Below are positions 30,597-39,713 of a stretch of DNA of 64,000 bases, piece after piece. Both the position numbers and the translations under genes were made by a program. The stretch is taken from the IMG/VR virus record IMGVR_UViG_3300013947_000021, positions 157,228 to 221,227 of that record; one strand, written 5' to 3'. The notes under the pieces were generated by a model, which had not been told where the DNA came from, searched no databases, and worked only from the letters and a program-made list of their open reading frames with translations. Source of the DNA: a virus. Its lineage: Duplodnaviria > Caudoviricetes. Every line of letters starts with the position of its first letter. The stretch's first letter is position 1.

Positions 30597-32525
30597 ATGC
30601 TTATGCAATGGCATATAGTCACATCTGCTGTATATAAGGCTGGTACGCCGGTAGATGGTGACATGTATTTCATTAGCGATACCCATGAAATTTATCGTGG
30701 TGCAGTACCATTCACAGAATCTGTTGTAATGTATACTGATCTCCCGGTAGATGGTATTGCAAAGAATAGACTGTATATTAATTCCACCACGCTTGAAGGT
30801 AAGATCCATGATGGCACTGAGTGGAAGACTGTAATCAGACCTATTGACGCAACTGTTACTGCTGATGGCATTAATGCTGTTTCTGGTAAGGCAGTTGCTG
30901 CATATGTTGCTGCAGAGATTGCTAAGGTTACTGCTAGCGGAGACGTTGTTAGTAAGCTTGCATGGGATTCTGCTGAGCATATGCTTACGGTTACTAAGGG
31001 ATCTAATGAGAGTGAGAATATCACTTTCACTGGTCTTGGTGTAAACCTTGACTATGAAGCTGCTACTGGTAACCTTCAGCTTACTGATGCTGCAGGTAAC
31101 AAGATTGGTGATCCGATTAAGCTCGATCTTGAGCGTTTCGTAAAGTCTGCTGAGTATATTGCAGCAGATAAAACTATCGTTCTTTACTTCGATGATGAGA
31201 AGAAGGATTCTATCTCGATTCCTGTTGGAGATCTTGTTGATACCTATACTGCTGAAGCTGCAGATAAGTCTCTTGAGCTTTCCGTTGCTGAAGGTAATGT
31301 AATTAAGGGTAAGGTTAAGATTTCCACTAAGAATGGTAATATTCTTACTCTTAATGATGATGGTCTTTATGTAGCAGCTCCTGATATCACTGGTAAGATG
31401 GATAAGGTTACCGATGGTGTAACTGGAAACATCCTTACTCTTGGTGCAGATGGTCAGGCAGTTGACTCTGGTAAGACCTTTAGCGATCTTGCATCAAATA
31501 ATAAGATTTATAAGGGTGCAACTCTTGAAGAGGCTGTAACTGGCAATACTCCTATTAAGGGTGACGTTGCTATTATTAGCAATAAGATTGGTAGTTCAGA
31601 CAAGGTTGAGCGCAAGGCATATATCCATGATGGTGAAACCTGGCTCCCGATGACCGAGTACTATAATGCCGCTAATGTCATTTTCCCTGAGAATCTTAAG
31701 ACTACTTATGCAATGGGTAATATTACCCTTACTAATGGTCAGGCTGAAATTAATAGTACGGGTAAGAGCTATCTCGATACCTGGAACATGATCTGGGTTA
31801 AGGAGAAGCAGCCTACTGTTACTCAGCCGTCTGTTTCTGTAACTCTTAACCAGGCTAAGGCATATGAGGTTGGTACTTCGGTAACTCCGTCTTATTCTGC
31901 TTCGCTCAATCCTGGTAAGTATGAGTTTAACCCGAATAATGGTGCTACTGGTATTACTGCTTCCAGTTGGGAGATTAGTGATACTGCTGGTCATACTGCT
32001 ACTACTAATACTGGCACGTTTGATGCTATTACTGTAGCAGATGGCATGAATTATAGCATTACTGCTAAGGCTAACTATGAGGATTCTCCGAATGCTCCGC
32101 TTACCAACCTTAGTAATGCAGCAGATGCTTCGAAGAAGATTCTTGCTGGTTCTAAGTCTGCAACTTCTGGTAAGATCACTGGTTTCAGAAATAGTTTCTA
32201 TGGAACTATTACTGAAGCTAATGATACTCCTGCTAGTGCAGATATTCGTAAACTTACAGCTTCTGGCAAGGCACTTGCAAAGGGTGCTAAGATTAACTTG
32301 ACTATTTCTAATACTGCAAAGAGAATTATTATTGCAATTCCTGCAACTCTTGGTGGTGTAGTGGTCACATATGATGAAGGTATGGGAGCAGATGTTACGG
32401 CATCGTTTGCAGCTACTCAGGTAGATGTTGAAGGTGCTAATGGCTATACTGCAGCTGCATATAAGGTATATGTTGCTCCTGCTGCATATTCGGGCACAGT
32501 TCATTATACTGTGGTAATTCAGTAA
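30597..32525 (+). CDS. Fibre/appendage-like structural protein A
   Basis: 642 aa, A/T/G/V-rich, high-expression codons; N-terminal ~300 aa paralogous to 34241-35518. Confidence 0.6.
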   Translation: MLMQWHIVTSAVYKAGTPVDGDMYFISDTHEIYRGAVPFTESVVMYTDLPVDGIAKNRLYINSTTLEGKIHDGTEWKTVIRPIDATVTADGINAVSGKAVAAYVAAEIAKVTASGDVVSKLAWDSAEHMLTVTKGSNESENITFTGLGVNLDYEAATGNLQLTDAAGNKIGDPIKLDLERFVKSAEYIAADKTIVLYFDDEKKDSISIPVGDLVDTYTAEAADKSLELSVAEGNVIKGKVKISTKNGNILTLNDDGLYVAAPDITGKMDKVTDGVTGNILTLGADGQAVDSGKTFSDLASNNKIYKGATLEEAVTGNTPIKGDVAIISNKIGSSDKVERKAYIHDGETWLPMTEYYNAANVIFPENLKTTYAMGNITLTNGQAEINSTGKSYLDTWNMIWVKEKQPTVTQPSVSVTLNQAKAYEVGTSVTPSYSASLNPGKYEFNPNNGATGITASSWEISDTAGHTATTNTGTFDAITVADGMNYSITAKANYEDSPNAPLTNLSNAADASKKILAGSKSATSGKITGFRNSFYGTITEANDTPASADIRKLTASGKALAKGAKINLTISNTAKRIIIAIPATLGGVVVTYDEGMGADVTASFAATQVDVEGANGYTAAAYKVYVAPAAYSGTVHYTVVIQ

Positions 32526-32540
32526 TAGGAGGGAATAAAA

Positions 32541-34115
32541 ATGGCTAGTTATGTACCCGTAACAAATATACTCGAATTCCCTATGGCCTTTGTGCCTACT
32601 GGAGCATTCCCGATTGATGGTAGATCAATGTTTGGTTCCTATGCTGAAGCAGTTACTGCTGCAGGTACTGTAGGAACTGAAGGGTCCAAATATTATATCG
32701 GTATGGCTCTTACTGTATATGAGAATGATACTGTTAAGATGTATCAGATCGCTGCAGATAAGACGCTTCAGGAAGTTGGTTCGGTAACTCTTACTGATGG
32801 TAAGACTATTGAATATGGTGATGATGGTAAGACCATCTCCCTTAAGAATTTTGGTAAGGAGTATTATGCATATAAGCCTGCTGATAAGATTATTGCATCT
32901 TCTGATGAGTATTCTTATCCGGATAGCATGCCTGCTGCTCCTGCTGCAAATAGTTATGTAAAGATTGCAGAAGCTTGGTATAAATACGATGGCTCTGCTT
33001 GGGCCGTTGCTGATGCTGAGCCTGCAACTGCTGCTACCTATGTTAAGACTACTGGTTGGAAGGCTGGTGTTCAGCCTAAGGCAGTTCTTAATGCTGAAGG
33101 TAATGGCTTTGAGATTGCATGGTATGAGCCGTCTACTACTACGGTTGAGGGTGTCTCTGAAACTGTAAGCTCGCTCCAGACGACTGTTGATTCTCTTGTT
33201 CAGAATGTCAATGAGACTATTCCTGGTCAGATTGAAACTGCAGTTGGTGAAGAAGAAACTAGAGCTAAGGGTGTTGAGTCTGGTCTTAGAACCGATGTAG
33301 ATACTAATACTGCTGCTATTACTAAACTTAATGGTGATGCTGAAACTGATGGTTCTGTGAAGAATCAGATTGCTGCAGCAATTGCTGGTATTATGAATAA
33401 CCCGGATGAAACTATGAACTCTATTCAGGAGCTCGTAGACTGGGTAAATAGTCATAATACTGAAGCTACCACTATGTCTAATAATATCAAGAAGAATACT
33501 GATGACATTAATACTATTAATACTCTTCTTGGTACTGCTCTTCCTGAGGGCACTACTGCTACTACTGTAATTGGTTATATTGCGGAGGCTGTTAAGGCTG
33601 AGGCAGACCGTGCTAAGGATGAAGAGGGTAAGAATGCTACTGCTATTGCAAATCTCAAGACTGCAGTTGAAGCAATTGATGTTACAGCTTTTGCTACTAA
33701 GGAACAGGGTCTCAAGGCAGATAGTGCTGTGCAGACTGTTGTTAAGGGTGAAACCAATGGTCATATTGCTGTAGATGGTGTTGATGTTGAGGTTTATACT
33801 GCTCCTATAGCATCTACTACTGCGCTTGGTCAGGTTCAGCTTGATGGTACTTCTATTACTGTAACTGATAAGGGTGTAGCATCTGTTGCTGCAGTTGATG
33901 CTACCAAGATTACTGGTCTTGATGGTAAGCTTACTGATACTCGGACTGCTGCTACTGAAGCTGCTAATACTTATACTGATGAAAATGCAGTTGCTAAGAC
34001 TGCTATCGTTGAGGATAGCACTAAGGCAGCAACATCGGTTGAAGCTGCATCTTCTGCAAAGGTTGTTTCTGAAAAGCTTCTTATGCAGTATCTTGAGTGG
34101 AAGACTGAGATGTAA
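32541..34115 (+). CDS. Fibre/appendage-like structural protein B with coiled-coil stalk
   Basis: 524 aa; C-terminus paralogous to 34241-35518. Confidence 0.6.
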   Translation: MASYVPVTNILEFPMAFVPTGAFPIDGRSMFGSYAEAVTAAGTVGTEGSKYYIGMALTVYENDTVKMYQIAADKTLQEVGSVTLTDGKTIEYGDDGKTISLKNFGKEYYAYKPADKIIASSDEYSYPDSMPAAPAANSYVKIAEAWYKYDGSAWAVADAEPATAATYVKTTGWKAGVQPKAVLNAEGNGFEIAWYEPSTTTVEGVSETVSSLQTTVDSLVQNVNETIPGQIETAVGEEETRAKGVESGLRTDVDTNTAAITKLNGDAETDGSVKNQIAAAIAGIMNNPDETMNSIQELVDWVNSHNTEATTMSNNIKKNTDDINTINTLLGTALPEGTTATTVIGYIAEAVKAEADRAKDEEGKNATAIANLKTAVEAIDVTAFATKEQGLKADSAVQTVVKGETNGHIAVDGVDVEVYTAPIASTTALGQVQLDGTSITVTDKGVASVAAVDATKITGLDGKLTDTRTAATEAANTYTDENAVAKTAIVEDSTKAATSVEAASSAKVVSEKLLMQYLEWKTEM

Positions 34116-34240
34116 AATAAAATTAGTCAAGGGTAAGGAAAATCTTACCCTTGATTTTCTTTTTCAGAACATAATTATAAATCTATGAGAAAAATATAAA
34201 TCATAGAAAAATTTTTAATTATCCAGGAGGAATTTAAGAT

Positions 34241-35518
34241 ATGCTTACTTGGCATTATATAACTAGAAAAGCTTTTGATGATGCAGCAGAAGCAACTAAG
34301 ACTGCTGACAAGCTTTATTTTATTTCTGATACGCATGAAATCTATAAGGGCACTCAGCTCTTCAATGAGTCTGTTACTCTCGTAGAAGAGTTCCCGGCTG
34401 CTGGTGGTGCAGTTGGAAGACTTTATGTCGATTCTACTACGCTTGAGGGTAAGATTTGGACTGGTGCTGCTTGGACCACTGTTATTCAGCCTGTTCAGGC
34501 TACGCTTACCGCTTCTGATACTGCTAAGCCGGTTTCTGGTAAGGCAGTTGCAGACTACGTTTCTGGTGAGATTGCAAAGGTAACTGGCTCGAAGGATCTT
34601 GTTACTGGTGTTGCATATGATGCAAATGGTAATAAGCTCACTGTTACGATGGCTGATACTACCACGACAGATGTTCCGCTTACTGGCACTGCAGTAGATC
34701 TTACTTATGATTCGACTACTGGCGAACTTAAGGTTAAGAATGCTTCTGGTACTGCTCTTGGTACTGGTGTTAAGCTTGACCTCGAGCGTTTCGTAAAGTC
34801 TGCTACTTATGATGATGAAAACAAGAAGATCATCCTCAACTTCAATGATGATAGCATTCCTCTTGAGATTGAGGTTGGTGATCTTGTTGATACTTACACT
34901 GCAAAGAACTCGACGACTGTTTCTCTTACTGTAACTGGTAATGAGTTTACTGCTGAGGCAATTGTTGCTGCTACTGCTGGTAATATGCTTAAGAAGACTG
35001 ATGCTGGTCTTTATGTTGCAGCTACTGATGTTTCTGGTAAGATCGATAAAGTTGCTGATGCTACGGCTGATGCAGTCGCTATCCTTATGGCTGATGGACA
35101 GATTGCTGATTCTGGTGTGAAGATTGGTGCTGCTGCTCTTGCAGAAACTGCTACTGCTTCGACTCTCGCTACCGAAGCTGCTGTTGCTGCAGTTCGTACT
35201 GCTCTTCAGACTGCTATCGATGGTAAGATGGCTAAGGTTGCAGCTTCCAAGGCAGATGAGGTCCTTGTTGCTACTGCTGATGGTAACGCTGCAGTTTCTG
35301 GCGTTAAGATCGGTGGAGAGGCTATGAAGGATACGAAGGATGCTTCTACTCTCGCTACTGAAAAGGCAGTTGAGACTTATGTAACTGGTTATGCAGTTGC
35401 TAAGACTGCTATCGTTACTGATGGTAATGTTGCTACGACTGTTGCTGCTGCTTCGGATGCAAAGGTTGCTTCTGAGAAGGCATTTGTTGATGCAATGACC
35501 TGGAAGACTACTGCATAA
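34241..35518 (+). CDS. Fibre/appendage-like structural protein C
   Basis: 425 aa Ala/Thr-rich; own promoter 34168-34180 and terminator near 35535-35566. Confidence 0.6.
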   Translation: MLTWHYITRKAFDDAAEATKTADKLYFISDTHEIYKGTQLFNESVTLVEEFPAAGGAVGRLYVDSTTLEGKIWTGAAWTTVIQPVQATLTASDTAKPVSGKAVADYVSGEIAKVTGSKDLVTGVAYDANGNKLTVTMADTTTTDVPLTGTAVDLTYDSTTGELKVKNASGTALGTGVKLDLERFVKSATYDDENKKIILNFNDDSIPLEIEVGDLVDTYTAKNSTTVSLTVTGNEFTAEAIVAATAGNMLKKTDAGLYVAATDVSGKIDKVADATADAVAILMADGQIADSGVKIGAAALAETATASTLATEAAVAAVRTALQTAIDGKMAKVAASKADEVLVATADGNAAVSGVKIGGEAMKDTKDASTLATEKAVETYVTGYAVAKTAIVTDGNVATTVAAASDAKVASEKAFVDAMTWKTTA

Positions 35519-35623
35519 GTTAAATACTTATAATTATAGAGGAAGGGCAAAAACCCTTCCTCTATTTATTTTATTTAAATTCACATCATAATAAATACTT
35601 TTATTAAAGGAGGATAATATAAA

Positions 35624-36100
35624 ATGGTTGTCCATTATGATATAACAGAAAGTTATTTAACTAATAAAAAGTTTGAAGCTGGAGCTATTTATTATTGTAA
35701 TGATACTGGAAATGTATTTCTTGATAGTGTGACTGAAAAAACTCGTATTCAGGTTTCAAGAGATATAATTCCGATTGCAACTGAAGCAGATAAGCCTATT
35801 GCGCCGCTTCCTAATAAGCTTTATTGTGTAATGGCTACTGGAACTCTTTGTATATTCTTTAATGGTGCTTGGGTAAATCTTGGTCGTCCTCAGATTCATT
35901 TTGCAAATGTTATGGTTCCTGCTAGTAGTGCACTTGAAATTTCAGATAATAGAATTATTTCTGCTGATAAGGCAGTATTTATTCCTGATCTTTCTGTAGC
36001 AGATCTTTGTACAAAATCTACTGCAACTTGTTCTGATGGAAAAGTTACTATATCTGTAACTGCAAGCTTTCCTATTATTGGAGAAGTAATTATAAACTAA
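35624..36100 (+). CDS. Small fibre-related protein
   Basis: 158 aa; GAIYYCNDTGNVF resembles the GDMYFISDTHEIY N-terminal motif of proteins A and C. Confidence 0.5.
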   Translation: MVVHYDITESYLTNKKFEAGAIYYCNDTGNVFLDSVTEKTRIQVSRDIIPIATEADKPIAPLPNKLYCVMATGTLCIFFNGAWVNLGRPQIHFANVMVPASSALEISDNRIISADKAVFIPDLSVADLCTKSTATCSDGKVTISVTASFPIIGEVIIN

Positions 36101-36116
36101 TTCCGAGGTGATATAA

Positions 36117-36845
36117 ATGGAATATGGTGTTCCCTCATTCTTAAAGAGAGATGGAGATGCTCTTTTATTTAATGAAGAAGGACAGTTTGTTTTCTATGTT
36201 CCTGAGACATATTTTGATCGAGGGGATGCTGAAATAAAAGGTGAATATGTAAATTTACTTGGAATTCTTGATTATAGCATCTTCAAGCCAGATGGAACTA
36301 ATATTGGTTTAAAGAGATTTAACTTCCCAACTGTATTTCTTGCTAAGCCTTCTAGAATTGAAAAGTTAAAAGGTGTACAGCTTAGAGATGTTGTTGATAA
36401 GCAAGATTATAGACTACTTGTTTTTGAAAAGGGAGATGCTGTTGTAGTATCTGTTAAAGTTCCTCAGAATATAGCAAATGTTGAGGACTTTTATAAGATA
36501 TTCCTTACTGGTAAACTTCCTACTACTATTCCATATGATAAACTTCAAAATTATTTTGTTGATTCTATAGAACTTAATGGTTCTTCTTATGGAATGAGTC
36601 TTCAGATGTTTGGAATTATTGTTGGTGAAATGTGTAGAGATCCTAAAGATCCTGCTAAAGCTTTCCGTCATACTAATTTTAAAGATATGATGGAATATAA
36701 AGCAATATCTATTAAAGATCTTCCTAAATATATTTCACCTAATTCTTCTATATCTTCTGAGAACTGGGATTTTGGTGTTATAGGTGCTATTATGAATCCT
36801 TCAAACGTCAATTCTCCGCTTGAAAGATTGATCATGGGTTCCTAA
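36117..36845 (+). CDS. Probable virion RNA polymerase beta-prime extreme C-terminal fragment
   Basis: NG..MSLQMFGIIVGEMCR and SISSENWD..IGAIMN..SPLERLIMG parallel the beta-prime C-terminal HIEVIVRQM and SFQET..ENVIVG motifs. Confidence 0.65.
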   Translation: MEYGVPSFLKRDGDALLFNEEGQFVFYVPETYFDRGDAEIKGEYVNLLGILDYSIFKPDGTNIGLKRFNFPTVFLAKPSRIEKLKGVQLRDVVDKQDYRLLVFEKGDAVVVSVKVPQNIANVEDFYKIFLTGKLPTTIPYDKLQNYFVDSIELNGSSYGMSLQMFGIIVGEMCRDPKDPAKAFRHTNFKDMMEYKAISIKDLPKYISPNSSISSENWDFGVIGAIMNPSNVNSPLERLIMGS

Positions 36846-36952
36846 CCAAATGCCCATTATTAACATAAAATTAAAGCTACGCTATTTTATATATAGCCTT
36901 AGTATATATCTTATAATTGTAGTAAATAATATTCTTAAAGGAGGAAATATAA

Positions 36953-38800
36953 ATGTATCCTGGCGTAATAGTTGAATACGAGGATCGGAGCGAACGTTCT
37001 GATCTTGCTATAACTACCGTACGGAATAGACCTCTCTTTTTGGCACTCTTTACCTCTGAGAAGGGTACTGAAGAGTGGACTAGAATTTCAGGTAGAGATT
37101 TCTTTACTATGTACGGAAATACAATTTCATTCAGCAGGCATGGTCAGCCTCTTCTTCAGGCAGCTATGTCTATTAATGCTGGTGCAGAGCTTCTTTGTAA
37201 GCGTCTTGTAGCTAGTGATTCTGCTCTTGCAAATATTGGTATTGTTGCTACTCTTGGTACTAAGCAGGTTCAGCGTACTGATGCTGATGGTAATCTTCTT
37301 TATACCAATAGCGATGGTAATGAGGTTACTGATGTAACTGATAATCCTGTTATGGATACCGTTAATACCATTTCTTATAGTCTTAAGACTGCTCCTGGTG
37401 TTAAGACTGTTGATGCTGCATATGAAGCAATTAAGGCTAAGATGACCGATGATAATAGTTATCTTCTTTATGTAATTGCTGATAATGGTAGAGGTACTTC
37501 TAAGAAGAGAATTAGAATTACTCCTAATTATACAATCTCTAGAACTCGTGAGTATACTACTTATAGTATCTCTGTTAGAGAAGGTGACTCTGAGATTGAG
37601 TCTATTTCTTTTGCTATTAATCCGAATCTTGTTGTAAATAATCAAAATATTTCTCTTCAGTCTATGGTAAATAGCAATTCTACCCAGATTGTTTGTAAGG
37701 CTGATGATGATAGTATCGAGAAGTTTGCTAAGAAGATGGCTGAGCTTAATGGTATTGAAGATGATAGCCTTATCTATAGCTACGATATTCTCTTTGGATG
37801 CTCGAATAAGGGTGTAACTCTTGATGGCTTTGAACTTGATTCTGAAGGTATTGATCTTAGATATAACTATGGTCAGATTCTTCAGAGTGGTAACAATGGT
37901 AAGTTTGGTGATAAGCCCTTTGAGCAGACTGAAGAGTGGTCTACTCAGGCAGTTGAGGCACTTAATGGTACTTTTGATGAAGTCATCTTCAACCTTGATC
38001 AGTTTATGATTAGTGCATGTGTTGATGCAAACTATCCTACTGCTGTTAAGAGAGCTATTGAACAGCTTGTTATGTTTAGAGAAGACTTCTTCTACTTCAG
38101 AGATCAGGGTCTTGGAAAGACTTCCATTGAGCTCATGACTAGTGAAGTTCAGAAAGAGGCTAAGAGCATGTTCTGTGCTACTTATCCTCAGTCTTATGAT
38201 GTAATTGATCCTTATACCAAGAGACAGATTACTGTGACCATGGGTTATTCTCTTGCACAACTTCTTGTTAATCATCTTGATAGAGGTGCAATTCTTCCGC
38301 CTGCAGGTATTCTCCATGATATGATCATTACTGATTGTATTTATGGTACTCTTTCATTTACTCCTGTTATTTGTCCTGATCCTAAGGGTAACCAGAAGGA
38401 GCAGATGGAAGAGATCGGTGTAAACTATGCATCATATATTGATAATGCTCTTGTTATTGAGTCTCTTTATACTTCTCAGGAGAAGAAGTCTCAGTGGAGC
38501 TATATTAATAATGTCATGGGAATTCAGGAAGTTGTACGTGCTATTCGTAGAAGATGCCCTGCTATTCGTTATAGCTTTATGGATGGAGAGGATCTTGAGA
38601 AATATCGTAAGGAAGTTGAGGAAGTAATTGCTCCTTATGCATCTAACTTTAAGACGCTTGAGCTTACTTATGTTGCTGATACTACTTACGCAGCTAATAA
38701 GATCTTCTACGCAGTCCTTAAGTGTGTCTATAAGGATTTTGTCCAGACTGAATGGTTCAAGGTCATTGCGCTTCCTACGCAGACTACTGTAGTAGAGTAA
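36953..38800 (+). CDS. Probable tail sheath protein
   Basis: MYPGVIVE start, LPPAG motif, sheath-like C-terminus, high-expression codons, promoter 36862-36874. Confidence 0.8.
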   Translation: MYPGVIVEYEDRSERSDLAITTVRNRPLFLALFTSEKGTEEWTRISGRDFFTMYGNTISFSRHGQPLLQAAMSINAGAELLCKRLVASDSALANIGIVATLGTKQVQRTDADGNLLYTNSDGNEVTDVTDNPVMDTVNTISYSLKTAPGVKTVDAAYEAIKAKMTDDNSYLLYVIADNGRGTSKKRIRITPNYTISRTREYTTYSISVREGDSEIESISFAINPNLVVNNQNISLQSMVNSNSTQIVCKADDDSIEKFAKKMAELNGIEDDSLIYSYDILFGCSNKGVTLDGFELDSEGIDLRYNYGQILQSGNNGKFGDKPFEQTEEWSTQAVEALNGTFDEVIFNLDQFMISACVDANYPTAVKRAIEQLVMFREDFFYFRDQGLGKTSIELMTSEVQKEAKSMFCATYPQSYDVIDPYTKRQITVTMGYSLAQLLVNHLDRGAILPPAGILHDMIITDCIYGTLSFTPVICPDPKGNQKEQMEEIGVNYASYIDNALVIESLYTSQEKKSQWSYINNVMGIQEVVRAIRRRCPAIRYSFMDGEDLEKYRKEVEEVIAPYASNFKTLELTYVADTTYAANKIFYAVLKCVYKDFVQTEWFKVIALPTQTTVVE

Positions 38801-38814
38801 GGGAGGAATAAATA

Positions 38815-39660
38815 ATGGCTAGTAATTTCAATATGTTTACTGATCTTAAGACCCCGAGAGATCTTAGTAAATATACACTTTATAGGGGTACTACTGATTT
38901 CTCGCAGCTTCAGCAGTTTGATCTTTATGAACAGGGTTATCCGCTTCTTGTGGTTGTTTCTGTTCCGAGATTCCTTGAGAAAATGGCTGAGAAGGATGCA
39001 ACTGTAAAGAATCTTATTGATTCGTATATCCATGTTCTTGAGTACGAGTTCAAGGGTATTTCTGGTGGTATTGATGATATGGGCTCTGATACTGGTGAGG
39101 TTACCAATGGAGTTCAGTCTATTAATGCTATTCTTAAGACCAATGGTCCGAATGGCACTACCATTAGTATGGAGTATCAGGAAAAGGCTGGTTCTACTAT
39201 TACTAAGATGCATGAGCTTTATCTTAGAAATGTAAGAGATCCTGCTAGTGGACTTAAGACTTATGGTGGTCTTATTGGACTTGGCGATACTGCAGATATT
39301 AGAGCAGAGGATGCTGGTTTTGATAAGGAAACCTTTAGCTTCCTTTACATGCATACTGATAATACTGGACTTCTTCTTGAGCGTGCTGTTTACTTCGTTG
39401 GATGCTCCCCGACAAGCGCTCAGCTTAGTATTTATCAGGGTACCAAGGGCGATGTTTCATTCCAGAATGTAACTTGTGAATTTAATGCATTCCCAATTCA
39501 TGGTGCTGAAGTTAATAAGCGTGCTAAGGCTGTTCTTGACTGGCTTAATAACGAGGCTAATGATAAGATGATTCATCGTATTTCTTGGGATTACAATTAT
39601 GCTGCTCTTAGTGATACTGCTGAGGGTCTTGCACAGACCAAGCTTACTGGTGGTAACTAA
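38815..39660 (+). CDS. Probable tail tube protein
   Basis: 281 aa directly after the sheath, high-expression codons, tube-like C-terminal pattern. Confidence 0.7.
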   Translation: MASNFNMFTDLKTPRDLSKYTLYRGTTDFSQLQQFDLYEQGYPLLVVVSVPRFLEKMAEKDATVKNLIDSYIHVLEYEFKGISGGIDDMGSDTGEVTNGVQSINAILKTNGPNGTTISMEYQEKAGSTITKMHELYLRNVRDPASGLKTYGGLIGLGDTADIRAEDAGFDKETFSFLYMHTDNTGLLLERAVYFVGCSPTSAQLSIYQGTKGDVSFQNVTCEFNAFPIHGAEVNKRAKAVLDWLNNEANDKMIHRISWDYNYAALSDTAEGLAQTKLTGGN

Positions 39661-39675
39661 TATAAAAAATAAAGC

Positions 39676-39701
39676 CGTAGAGGGGGAAACCCTCTACGGT
39701 A
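39676..39701. terminator. Bidirectional terminator
   Basis: CCGTAGAGGG/CCCTCTACGG stem between convergent genes. Confidence 0.85.
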
Positions 39702-39713
39702 TTTTCTTTTATA

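Noticed and set aside
31596-38317. Long antisense ORFs 31596-32504, 32625-34130 and 37127-38317
   Set aside because: Same codon-bias shadow effect over the fibre and sheath genes
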